Positions 1 through 6,636 of a stretch of 12,430 nucleotides of DNA are shown here, in pieces. The position numbers and the translations under genes were made by a program. Position 1 is the stretch's first letter. Each line of letters starts with the position of its first letter. The stretch spans positions 1 to 12,430 of the forward strand of contig CAZECW010000160.1 of the NCBI GenBank assembly GCA_964510585.1. The letters run 5' to 3'. The notes below the pieces were generated by a model. The model saw nothing but the letters and a program-made list of their open reading frames with translations, was not told where the DNA came from and searched no databases. The stretch comes from an uncultured archaeon. GTDB lineage: Archaea > Asgardarchaeota > Jordiarchaeia > Jordiarchaeales > Jordiarchaeaceae.

Positions 1-1
1 T

Positions 2-307
2 AAGCAAATGCTTCGCAGATGTTAGTAAAACCCTTTTGCCAATTACTCCAGTAGCACCAGCAACCAAGCTTTCCCCCTTAAGTACACCATAGGTGATGAC
101 TTCCTGAGTAGGATATTTATCAACCGCACCCACCAAACAGGCTTCCAGCTCGTCAATGTTCCCGCAATTGATGTCCATGTTGAATCTTTTCTTAGCGTAC
201 TCGTTTGAACTTTTCACAATAAGTTTTAACACCGCATCATTAATTAAAGGCTCGCTTTTGATTCCCTTAATACCTGCTCTTACTACTCTCTCATTTCCAA
301 CGGGCAT
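2..307 (-). CDS. Hypothetical protein, 5' part; runs off the left edge of the window
   Basis: Not in the supplied ORF track; translated by hand. ATG at 307-305 preceded by AAGGGTGGG (SD-like). Open for 102 codons to the window edge: MPVGNERVVRAGIKGIKSEPLINDAVLKLIVKSSNEYAKKRFNMDINCGNIDELEACLVGAVDKYPTQEVITYGVLKGESLVAGATGVIGKRVLLTSAKHLL. No motif recognised with confidence. Confidence 0.8.
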   Translation of the reverse strand, partial: MPVGNERVVRAGIKGIKSEPLINDAVLKLIVKSSNEYAKKRFNMDINCGNIDELEACLVGAVDKYPTQEVITYGVLKGESLVAGATGVIGKRVLLTSAKHLL

Positions 308-899
308 AAAAACCCACCCTTCACAAATCATTTGATTTGTAGTGCTAGATTCATTCTTGAATTTTCACAGCTAAAATGACCTATCATTTTGCGATTTTCC
401 CAATTTTTAATGTAACAATGCCGTATTTTCGCTTATATTTTTGCGAAAAACTTAACTAACATAGTAAATGATTACTTACTTTATATTTAAACATTTTTAC
501 GAAATAATGGAACTGCCAACTCCACATCACTTATATATAGGTGTATGTAGAAGATTTCTCGGTTCAAGTCATAGAATCAGAGTTTAAATAAGAGAAAAAT
601 ACCAAATTTAAGAATTAGAAGGCGAAGAAGCTACAAAAAGCTCCACCCCATATAAGGACATGCTTAAGGAAACAGACTGACGCCTTCCGGTAAATCTAAG
701 CTTTACAAAATTTGGAATCCAATGGGTGTATCTCTAAAAGGCAGTGGAATTATTTGAGCAACAGAAAAATTACCCCAAAATTTCTGGTTATTAATTATAA
801 TCGAACTTGTGTGATATTTTTATTTCAGGTCACGGATTCAATTACAAATTATTTTTGACTCCCAAAAAAATAGAGTAAGAGAAGAAATATTCGCATATT

Positions 900-1245
900 T
901 TAGATTTGGAAGAATTTTGCTTTGCAGTTTGGCGGGTCATATTTTAGTATTTTTACGTCGTATCCTTTTTTTAGGATTAGTTCAGCTACTCCGGCAAAAG
1001 CGACCAGCCGGGTACAGGACACCTGTCCTAGAACGGTGTAGACTCCTTCTTTGTTTAAGTCAAGGCACACATTCATATAGGCGCAGTCGCCGCTCACCTC
1101 CACTTCTACTTCTTCGTTGCCTAGGTCGGTGAGTTTTATGTCTTGATCCTTTACGAATCTTATGGCTACTAGTAGGGCTTTATATTTTTGTAGGAAATCG
1201 TAGAGATTCTTTGCTCCTTTTAGATGTTCTGTTAGGCCTAAATTT
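900..1245 (-). pseudogene. 3' remnant of a V4R/MetOD1-like Cys-containing protein, interrupted at its 5' side by an IS200/IS605-type mini-element
   Basis: The tracked 67-aa ORF (900-1103) extends upstream without a stop to the element junction: NLGLTEHLKGAKNLYDFLQKYKALLVAIRFVKDQDIKLTDLGNEEVEVEVSGDCAYMNVCLDLNKEGVYTVLGQVSCTRLVAFAGVAELILKKGYDVKILKYDPPNCKAKFFQI*. The pattern of beta-strand, C-x5-C, C and a terminal C resembles V4R-type folds (inference). All three minus-strand frames beyond the element (1522-1680) contain stops. Confidence 0.6.
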
Positions 1246-1422
1246 TTGACACTCTCCGCGACTAAAGTCGGGAGATTCTTGCTTCTGGCTCATCGGGAGC
1301 CTTCGAAGCAATGGGTGTTCCATCACCCAGTTAACACGCCCTTCCCTCAAGGGAACGGCGTCTATGTTGGCACCCTCATGGGGGCTGCGTCTTGTTTAGC
1401 CTCCTTGAGCCCAAGCCAAACC
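1226..1422 (-). ncRNA. Putative TnpB-type omega-RNA (re-RNA) scaffold plus flank-derived guide; 5' and 3' limits approximate
   Basis: Lies downstream of an internal TATA box and ends at the IS right end (...GAGAGTGTCAA). It contains consecutive hairpins at 1370-1388, 1337-1360 (CGCC-G-TTCCC/TTGA/GGGAA-G-GGCG), 1313-1328 (GGGTG/CACCC), 1281-1309 (GCTTC..GGCT/AGCC..GAAGC) and 1254-1274. Omega-RNAs are established to overlap the IS605 right end and take their guide from flanking DNA. The guide here would be AAAUUUAGGCCUAACAGAAC (1245-1226). Confidence 0.6.
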
Positions 1423-1521
1423 CTTCAGCTACCAACAACTATTTATATACCCTACTTTCAAATAAGCTTTTTGGCGATTCATCCCCACAACTAAAGTCGG
1501 GGGCTTTCTCGCCAAGGTTTT
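1246..1521 (-). mobile_element. Non-autonomous IS200/IS605-family mini-element (PATE/MITE-like, 276 bp), no tnpA or tnpB
   Basis: Minus strand left end: TTAC | AAAACCTTGGCGAG-AAAG-CCCC CGAC TTTA GTTG T GGGG. Right end: GAAT-CTCC CGAC TTTA GTCG C GGAG-AGTG-TCAA |. Both ends carry near-identical imperfect hairpins with one bulged base (1483-1503 and 1254-1274). The guide/cleavage tetranucleotide pairs AAAG/TTAC and GAAT/TCAA are those established for IS608 (ISHp608). No target-site duplication, as expected for this family. Confidence 0.88.
1442..1459 (-). promoter_or_regulatory. Putative archaeal BRE/TATA promoter inside the mini-element
   Basis: Minus strand GAAAGTAGGG-TATATAAA (TATA at 1449-1442), which predicts a start near 1417-1423. 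The same box reads TTTATATA on the plus strand, so it could be bidirectional. Confidence 0.5.
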
Positions 1522-1740
1522 GTAAGCGTTCTTTTGGGCAAGGGAGCATGATAGGCCTTTTCCTTGACCTTCGAAAAGGATCAGAAGTGTAAAAAACTAA
1601 AACTTGCCTGTCGAGGAATGAGCGTCGCAGTCCCTAGGTTTGGGTGGGTGTAGTTTTCATTAAACTTTTTTGGTTATCATATACTTTTGTGTTACTGTGT
1701 GTGCCTTTCTTTAAAAATTACTAGCAATCATAATCAGCTT

Positions 1741-1755
1741 GGAAAAATATATAAA
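1741..1755. promoter_or_regulatory. TATA-like box (GGAAAAA-TATATAAA on plus, TTTATATA on minus)
   Basis: Canonical archaeal TATA sequence in the divergent intergenic region between the disrupted gene and the hdrBC-glt operon. Direction of use cannot be determined. Confidence 0.35.
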
Positions 1756-1913
1756 TTGGTAGTTGTATACTCCTAACTCAAATTCGAAGAATAACAGGTA
1801 GGCGATGAGTGATTAACTTCGGCATACGAAGTAATTTCCAAAATTTGCAAGAAAAATAAGCATGGAAACGGATGAAGCTCGGAGACGAATGGTGTTATTC
1901 TGGGTGCCTTCTA

Positions 1914-1958
1914 TTTTTAAACTAAAGATATTGTAATGAAAAACATTTCTATCGGTGA
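1914..1958 (+). promoter_or_regulatory. Putative TATA box (TTTTTAAA, 1914-1921) and Shine-Dalgarno (GGTGA, 1954-1958) of the hdrBC-glt operon
   Basis: Spacing fits a short leader that includes the SD. GGTGA also precedes each of the three downstream starts. Confidence 0.45.
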
Positions 1959-1962
1959 TTAA

Positions 1963-3258
1963 ATGAGATATGTGTTATTTTTGGGTTGTTTGATTCCATA
2001 TAGACTTCCCTCGTTAGAGATGACTGCAAGAAGGGTCTTAAAAAGGCTAAATGTGGAGCTAGAAGATTTATCTGATTTCTCTTGCTGTCCGAACACCATA
2101 GCAGTGGAATCCATAAATGAAGATTATTGGTACTTTTTGGCGGCTAGGAATCTTGCATTGGCTGAAAAATGTGGGCTTGATATTTTGTGTCTGTGTAGTG
2201 GTTGTTCTGAAAGTCTTAAAAGGGCTAACTTTGAATTGAAGAAGAATTATGCTTTAAGGGAGAGAGTAAACTCTAAACTTTTAGAAATAGGTTTAAAGTA
2301 TGATGGAAGCATTGAAGTGAAACATTTTGTGGAGGTTTTAATTGAAATAGGGTTAGATACTATAAGAGAAAAAATTGTTTGTCCTCTGCATGGTTTGAAG
2401 GTGGCTTGCCACTATGGTTGTCATCTTCTCAGACCCAGCGAAGTAATTTTCTTTGATAACCCTTTGAAACCAGTGTCTCTGGATAAGTTGGTTCAAGTGC
2501 TGGGAGCGGAAACCGTTGATTACGAAAATAAAATGCTATGCTGCGGGAGCGGTCTCAGTTTAGTGAAATCAGGTGAAGCGCAGCTATTATCAAAAAGGAA
2601 ACTGGACGAGGTTAAGAATAAGGCTGATTGCTTGGTTGTTGTTTGTCCTTCCTGTTTCCAACAGTATGACTCGGTTCAGAAGCTGATGAAGGAAAAACCG
2701 GATGTTCCAGTATTTTATTATCTTGAATTACTAGGATTAGCGCTAGGAATAGAACCTGAAAGTCTAGGATTATCAACCCACAAAATAAGTGTTTCTAACT
2801 TGGTAAATAGAATAAACGAGGGTGTAGAGTCCTTAAAGGTTCTTTCCGAATTTTTTGACCTAGCAGTTCTCAAAAATTGTGCCCGATGCGGCGCATGTTC
2901 TTCGGATTGCCCAGTAGCAGATGAGAATTTTAATCCTCACAATATAGTAAAAATGCTCTTGGAGGGAAAGTTGAAAGAAGTCTTGAATGCAGGAGAATTC
3001 TGGCGATGTACCCAGTGTTATACCTGTCACGAGCTTTGTCCTCAAAACATGGGACTAATAGAAATTTTTTCAAAGCTAAAAGGTATAGCCTCTGAAAAAG
3101 AGCTTATCCCGGAGGATATCAGAAACCAGGCTGCCAATGTTTTAAACAATGGCTTTGCTATTCCGCCCTCACAAACGCTGAGAAAACGCTTTGACCTTCC
3201 TGAACCACCTAAACCGAATCTGGACAAGATTAAGAAATTGGTGAGAAGCAATGTCTAA
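1963..3258 (+). CDS. hdrBC: Heterodisulfide reductase-like HdrB-HdrC fusion (two CCG domains followed by a 2x[4Fe-4S] domain)
   Basis: N-terminal ~285 aa: LFLGC9, SC41C42P, C78SGC81, HYGC153H, LC193C194G, VC228PSC231, i.e. all ten CCG cysteines typical of HdrB. C-terminal part: C306ARC309GAC312SSDC316P and WRC349TQC352YTC355HELC359P, plus an HdrC-like tail (GFAIP...RKRFDLPEPP). Confidence 0.9.
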   Translation: MRYVLFLGCLIPYRLPSLEMTARRVLKRLNVELEDLSDFSCCPNTIAVESINEDYWYFLAARNLALAEKCGLDILCLCSGCSESLKRANFELKKNYALRERVNSKLLEIGLKYDGSIEVKHFVEVLIEIGLDTIREKIVCPLHGLKVACHYGCHLLRPSEVIFFDNPLKPVSLDKLVQVLGAETVDYENKMLCCGSGLSLVKSGEAQLLSKRKLDEVKNKADCLVVVCPSCFQQYDSVQKLMKEKPDVPVFYYLELLGLALGIEPESLGLSTHKISVSNLVNRINEGVESLKVLSEFFDLAVLKNCARCGACSSDCPVADENFNPHNIVKMLLEGKLKEVLNAGEFWRCTQCYTCHELCPQNMGLIEIFSKLKGIASEKELIPEDIRNQAANVLNNGFAIPPSQTLRKRFDLPEPPKPNLDKIKKLVRSNV

Positions 3259-4312
3259 AGTAATAGATGGTTGTGGAATCAGCGGAATTATGAGTACGAA
3301 GAAAAAACTGATTCCCGGATGTGAGATAGTTACTTCTATAGATTCGATGAACTTTAGATATAATGGGTTAGGTGGAGGATTTGCGGGTTACGGAATTTAC
3401 CCCGATTATAAGGATTACTACGCGTTCCATTTAAATTTCGAAGATCGGGAGGCGAAGACTAAAGCGGAAAACTTCCTCTATGAGCAATTAAGAGTCATAG
3501 ACGATGAGCCAATACCCGTAAGAAAATCCGAGCTCATTGATGACACTAAGTCCATAAGTTGGCGTTATTTCGTTAGCCCCCCAAAGGATATAGAAAACGC
3601 TGATGACTACATTGTTAAGGTTGTTATGCACATAAATGAAAATATTCCTGGGGCCTATGTTTTTTCAAGCGGGAAGAACATGGGAGTTTTCAAGGCGGTT
3701 GGTTATCCCAAAGCCGTGGCGGACTATTTCAGAATAGAGGATTACTCCGCATATATTTGGATAGCTCATGGAAGATATCCAACCAATACACCTGGATGGT
3801 GGGGAGGAGCGCATCCGTTTAACATACTAGATTGGTCAGTGGTTCACAATGGTGAGCTTAGTTCTTACGGTACCAACAAGAATTTTTTGGAAATGTGGGG
3901 ATACAAGTGCACCTTGCTAACTGATACTGAAGTTTTAGCATACTTGTTTGATCTACTAGTAAGGAGACATAAGATCCCCGTAGAACTTGCATGTAATGTT
4001 ATTACTCCCATGTTTTGGAGCGAAATTAATTCTGATAACAGCCCGAGAGGAAAAGCTCTTAAAGCATTAAGAATGACTTATGGGGGAGCAATTGTTAATG
4101 GGCCATTCAGCATAATTGTAGCTACTAATCGTTTTATGTTCGGATTAACAGATAGAATCAAGCTTCGCCCATTAATAGCAGCTAGGAAGGACGACTTCTT
4201 CTACATTGCTAGTGAAGAGTGCGCAATAAGAAGTGTCTGTGAAAACCCGGACATTGTCTGGGCACCCAGAGGGGGAGAGCAAGTGATTGCATATGTAAAA
4301 GAGGTGACCTAA
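3251..4312 (+). CDS. gltB1: Archaeal glutamate synthase subunit 1, class II (Ntn) glutamine amidotransferase domain
   Basis: Short propeptide then the nucleophile motif G-C8-GISG; FRYNGLGGGFA, HGRYPTNT, HPF, HNGE, TDTEV, GPFS, DRIKLRP and ASEE motifs. Overlaps hdrBC by 8 nt. Confidence 0.9.
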   Translation: MSKVIDGCGISGIMSTKKKLIPGCEIVTSIDSMNFRYNGLGGGFAGYGIYPDYKDYYAFHLNFEDREAKTKAENFLYEQLRVIDDEPIPVRKSELIDDTKSISWRYFVSPPKDIENADDYIVKVVMHINENIPGAYVFSSGKNMGVFKAVGYPKAVADYFRIEDYSAYIWIAHGRYPTNTPGWWGGAHPFNILDWSVVHNGELSSYGTNKNFLEMWGYKCTLLTDTEVLAYLFDLLVRRHKIPVELACNVITPMFWSEINSDNSPRGKALKALRMTYGGAIVNGPFSIIVATNRFMFGLTDRIKLRPLIAARKDDFFYIASEECAIRSVCENPDIVWAPRGGEQVIAYVKEVT

Positions 4313-5805
4313 TGTTTCCTCCTCAATTCAGTGTGGTAATCGACAGTGATAAGTGTGAAAAATGCAAGAGATGCACAATAAACTGCTCCTTTGAAGCCTT
4401 ATCATATGATGATAGGGAAGATAGAATAGTTTCCGATGACCGAAAATGTGTGGCATGTTTGAGGTGTGCCAGTAAATGTCCTAAAGGCGCCATAACAATT
4501 AAGAAGAATGAAATCACCTTCTCTCCGCATCCAACTTGGACTCCGGAAATACGATTAGATATAATGAAGCAAGCAGAAACTGGTGGTATGATAATCGCTG
4601 GCTGCGGAAACGATTTAGACTATCCTTGCCTATTCGACAGAATAGTCATCGATGCTTGCCAGGTAACTAACCCATCCATAGACCCCCTAAGAGAACCAAT
4701 AGAAGTATCTACCTTTCTCGGTAAAAAACCCAAACAGTTGAAAATTGGAGACGATTTCAGTTTAGAAACCGAAATAGCCCCAAACATTATGATTGATACT
4801 CCCATAGTCATCGGCCACATTTCATACGGCGCCATCAGTCTTAACGCCCATAAAGCTTTAGCTATGGCGGCTAGAAAAGCAGGAACCCTAATGGGTTCCG
4901 GTGAAGGAGGCTTACACCCTGACCTTTACGAATTCGGAGACCACATAATAGTACAAGTGGCTTCAGGGCGTTTCGGCGTTCACTCCACATATTTAGAGGT
5001 TGGTGCCGCCATAGAAATTAAAATAGGGCAGGGTGCAAAACCGGGAATAGGTGGCCATTTACCAGGCGAGAAGGTCACCGAAGATATTGCTGAAACTAGA
5101 ATGATACCAGTTCATACAGATGCCCTATCGCCAGCTCCCCATCACGACATTTACTCCATTGAGGATTTGTCTCAGCTAATCTATGCTCTCAAAGAAGAAA
5201 CAGATTACATGAAACCAGTTTTCGTTAAAATAGCTGCGGTTCACAACAGCGCAGCCATAGCCAGCGGAATCGCTCGAGCGGGTGCAGACGCAATAACTAT
5301 TGATGGTTTTAGAGGAGGAACTGGTGCAGCTCCTAAAATAGTTAGAAACCATTTAGGTATACCTATAGAGATTGCTATTGCCAGTGTGGACAAAAGGCTG
5401 CGTGACGAAGGAATAAGAAATGAAGTTTCACTTATTGCTAGTGGAAGCATAAGATCTGCTGCCGATGTTGTCAAGGCCATAGCTCTTGGGGCTGATGCTG
5501 TAGCAATTGTCACACCAGCACTCATAGCTATGGGTTGTACTGTATGTCAACAGTGTTATAGGGGGGTATGCGCGTGGGGAATATGTACAACCCGACAAGA
5601 TCTGGCTAGAAGACTTAATCCAGAAGTTGCTTCGCGAAAAGTTTACAACTTGATTAGCGCTTGGACTATGGAACTTAAAGAAGTCTTAGGAGCTTTGGGA
5701 ATGAATGCAATTGAAAGTCTCCGATACAACAGAGAACGCTTGAGAGGAGTAGGAATTGATCAAAAGACTTTAGAAATATTGGGAATAAAAGCGGCGGGTG
5801 AGTGA
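4312..5805 (+). CDS. gltB2: Archaeal glutamate synthase subunit 2, FMN-binding domain with N-terminal 2x[4Fe-4S] ferredoxin
   Basis: CEKCKRCTINC and CVACLRCASKCP; ISYGAIS, SGEGG, QVASGRFGV, EIKIGQGAKPGIGGHLPGEKV, SPAPHHDIYSIEDL, DGFRGGTGAAP and the [3Fe-4S] motif GCTVCQQCYRGVCAWG. TAATG stop/start overlap with gltB1. Confidence 0.95.
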   Translation: MFPPQFSVVIDSDKCEKCKRCTINCSFEALSYDDREDRIVSDDRKCVACLRCASKCPKGAITIKKNEITFSPHPTWTPEIRLDIMKQAETGGMIIAGCGNDLDYPCLFDRIVIDACQVTNPSIDPLREPIEVSTFLGKKPKQLKIGDDFSLETEIAPNIMIDTPIVIGHISYGAISLNAHKALAMAARKAGTLMGSGEGGLHPDLYEFGDHIIVQVASGRFGVHSTYLEVGAAIEIKIGQGAKPGIGGHLPGEKVTEDIAETRMIPVHTDALSPAPHHDIYSIEDLSQLIYALKEETDYMKPVFVKIAAVHNSAAIASGIARAGADAITIDGFRGGTGAAPKIVRNHLGIPIEIAIASVDKRLRDEGIRNEVSLIASGSIRSAADVVKAIALGADAVAIVTPALIAMGCTVCQQCYRGVCAWGICTTRQDLARRLNPEVASRKVYNLISAWTMELKEVLGALGMNAIESLRYNRERLRGVGIDQKTLEILGIKAAGE

Positions 5806-6540
5806 ATGCAGATAGATGCTAAAGGCCTTAGCTATAAGGAGTTAAACAGAAAATTAAAAGAGCTTGTATCAAAAGAAGATGCCTTAGAGATAGACGTATT
5901 GAATGTTAATGGACACCGCTACATAGGAACCGGGCTGGAAAACAGTAAGGGCATTATCCGTCTGCATGGTGTTCCTGGAAATGATTTGGCAGCGTTTATG
6001 AACGGTGGTTCAATATTTGTTTATGGAAATGCTGGGGATGGTGTAGGCAACACTATGAATGCGGGACTAGTTGTTATCCATGGAGATGCAAGAGATGTGG
6101 TAGGTTACTCCATGAGGGGAGGAAAAATTTTCATCAAAGGTAATGTGGGCTACCGAGCTGGTATCCATATGAAAGCCTATAAGAACCGTTTCCCAAGCAT
6201 AGTAGTTGGGGGAAGAGCTGAAGATTTTCTAGGGGAATACATGGCTGGCGGTATAATAGTGGTTCTGAATTCTAATAATGAGAAAAATCCTGTGGGAAAA
6301 TTCACTGCAACTGGTATTCACGGAGGAACAATATTCGTTAGAGGCAAAATTTCAGAAGAACATCTAGGAATTGGTGCCCAAATAGGAACCCCTAACGAAG
6401 AAGAAATAAACCTGCTGAATAATTTAATCTCCGAATACTTCTCATATTTCCAAGTTAATGAAAACTTGGACTCATTAGAATTCACCAAAATTCACCCTAA
6501 GAGCCACCGCCCTTTCGCAAAACTTTACGTTCTAGAGTAG
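5806..6540 (+). CDS. gltB3: Archaeal glutamate synthase subunit 3, GXGXG beta-helix domain
   Basis: Repeated G-x-x-G/GxGxG units (GVPGNDLAAFMNGG, GNAGDGVGNTMNAG, GDARDVVGYSMRGG, DFLGEYMAGG, TGIHGG). The ATG directly abuts the gltB2 TGA. Confidence 0.92.
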   Translation: MQIDAKGLSYKELNRKLKELVSKEDALEIDVLNVNGHRYIGTGLENSKGIIRLHGVPGNDLAAFMNGGSIFVYGNAGDGVGNTMNAGLVVIHGDARDVVGYSMRGGKIFIKGNVGYRAGIHMKAYKNRFPSIVVGGRAEDFLGEYMAGGIIVVLNSNNEKNPVGKFTATGIHGGTIFVRGKISEEHLGIGAQIGTPNEEEINLLNNLISEYFSYFQVNENLDSLEFTKIHPKSHRPFAKLYVLE

Positions 6541-6636
6541 TTAATTAAAAAGGAAAATAATGATTCTAATTTAAACAGGGCAAATATAAAAATCTGAAAA
6601 CTTGTTTTTCTGCAAAATAAAAAAGAAGGCTGTTTT

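Noticed and set aside
541-760. Short plus-strand frames in the long intergenic region (e.g. LEGEEATKSSTPYKDMLKETD*, GNRLTPSGKSKLYKIWNPMG) as a decayed gene
   Set aside because: No recognisable motif or good start; fragments are under 35 aa.
1281-1309. GGCTCCCGATGAGCC hairpin as a K-loop (L7Ae site) or H/ACA-like motif
   Set aside because: The two GA dinucleotides are separated by only one base, too close for tandem sheared pairs.
1236-1521. Similarity of the left-end start (AAAACCTTGGC) to the right flank (AAATTTAGGC) as a target-site duplication
   Set aside because: The match is imperfect and lies inside the element rather than flanking it. This family makes no duplications.
917-1592. Plus-strand ORFs 917-1132, 1246-1494 and 1392-1592 as transposase or TnpB fragments
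   Set aside because: No HUH/Y1 or RuvC motifs. They are antisense to the real gene remnant or simply span the structured mini-element.
1805-1936. Mini-ORFs upstream of hdrBC (MSD* at 1805-1816; METDEARRRMVLFWVPSIFKLKIL* at 1862-1936) as leader peptides
   Set aside because: No Glu/Gln codon run or attenuator structure, and a closer promoter candidate exists at 1914.
3251-6540. N-methylglutamate synthase (MgsABC) instead of glutamate synthase
   Set aside because: The order GATase-FMN-GXGXG, the N-terminal ferredoxin on the FMN subunit and the intact glutaminase motifs fit archaeal split GltB. No methylamine genes are nearby. A phylogeny would settle it.
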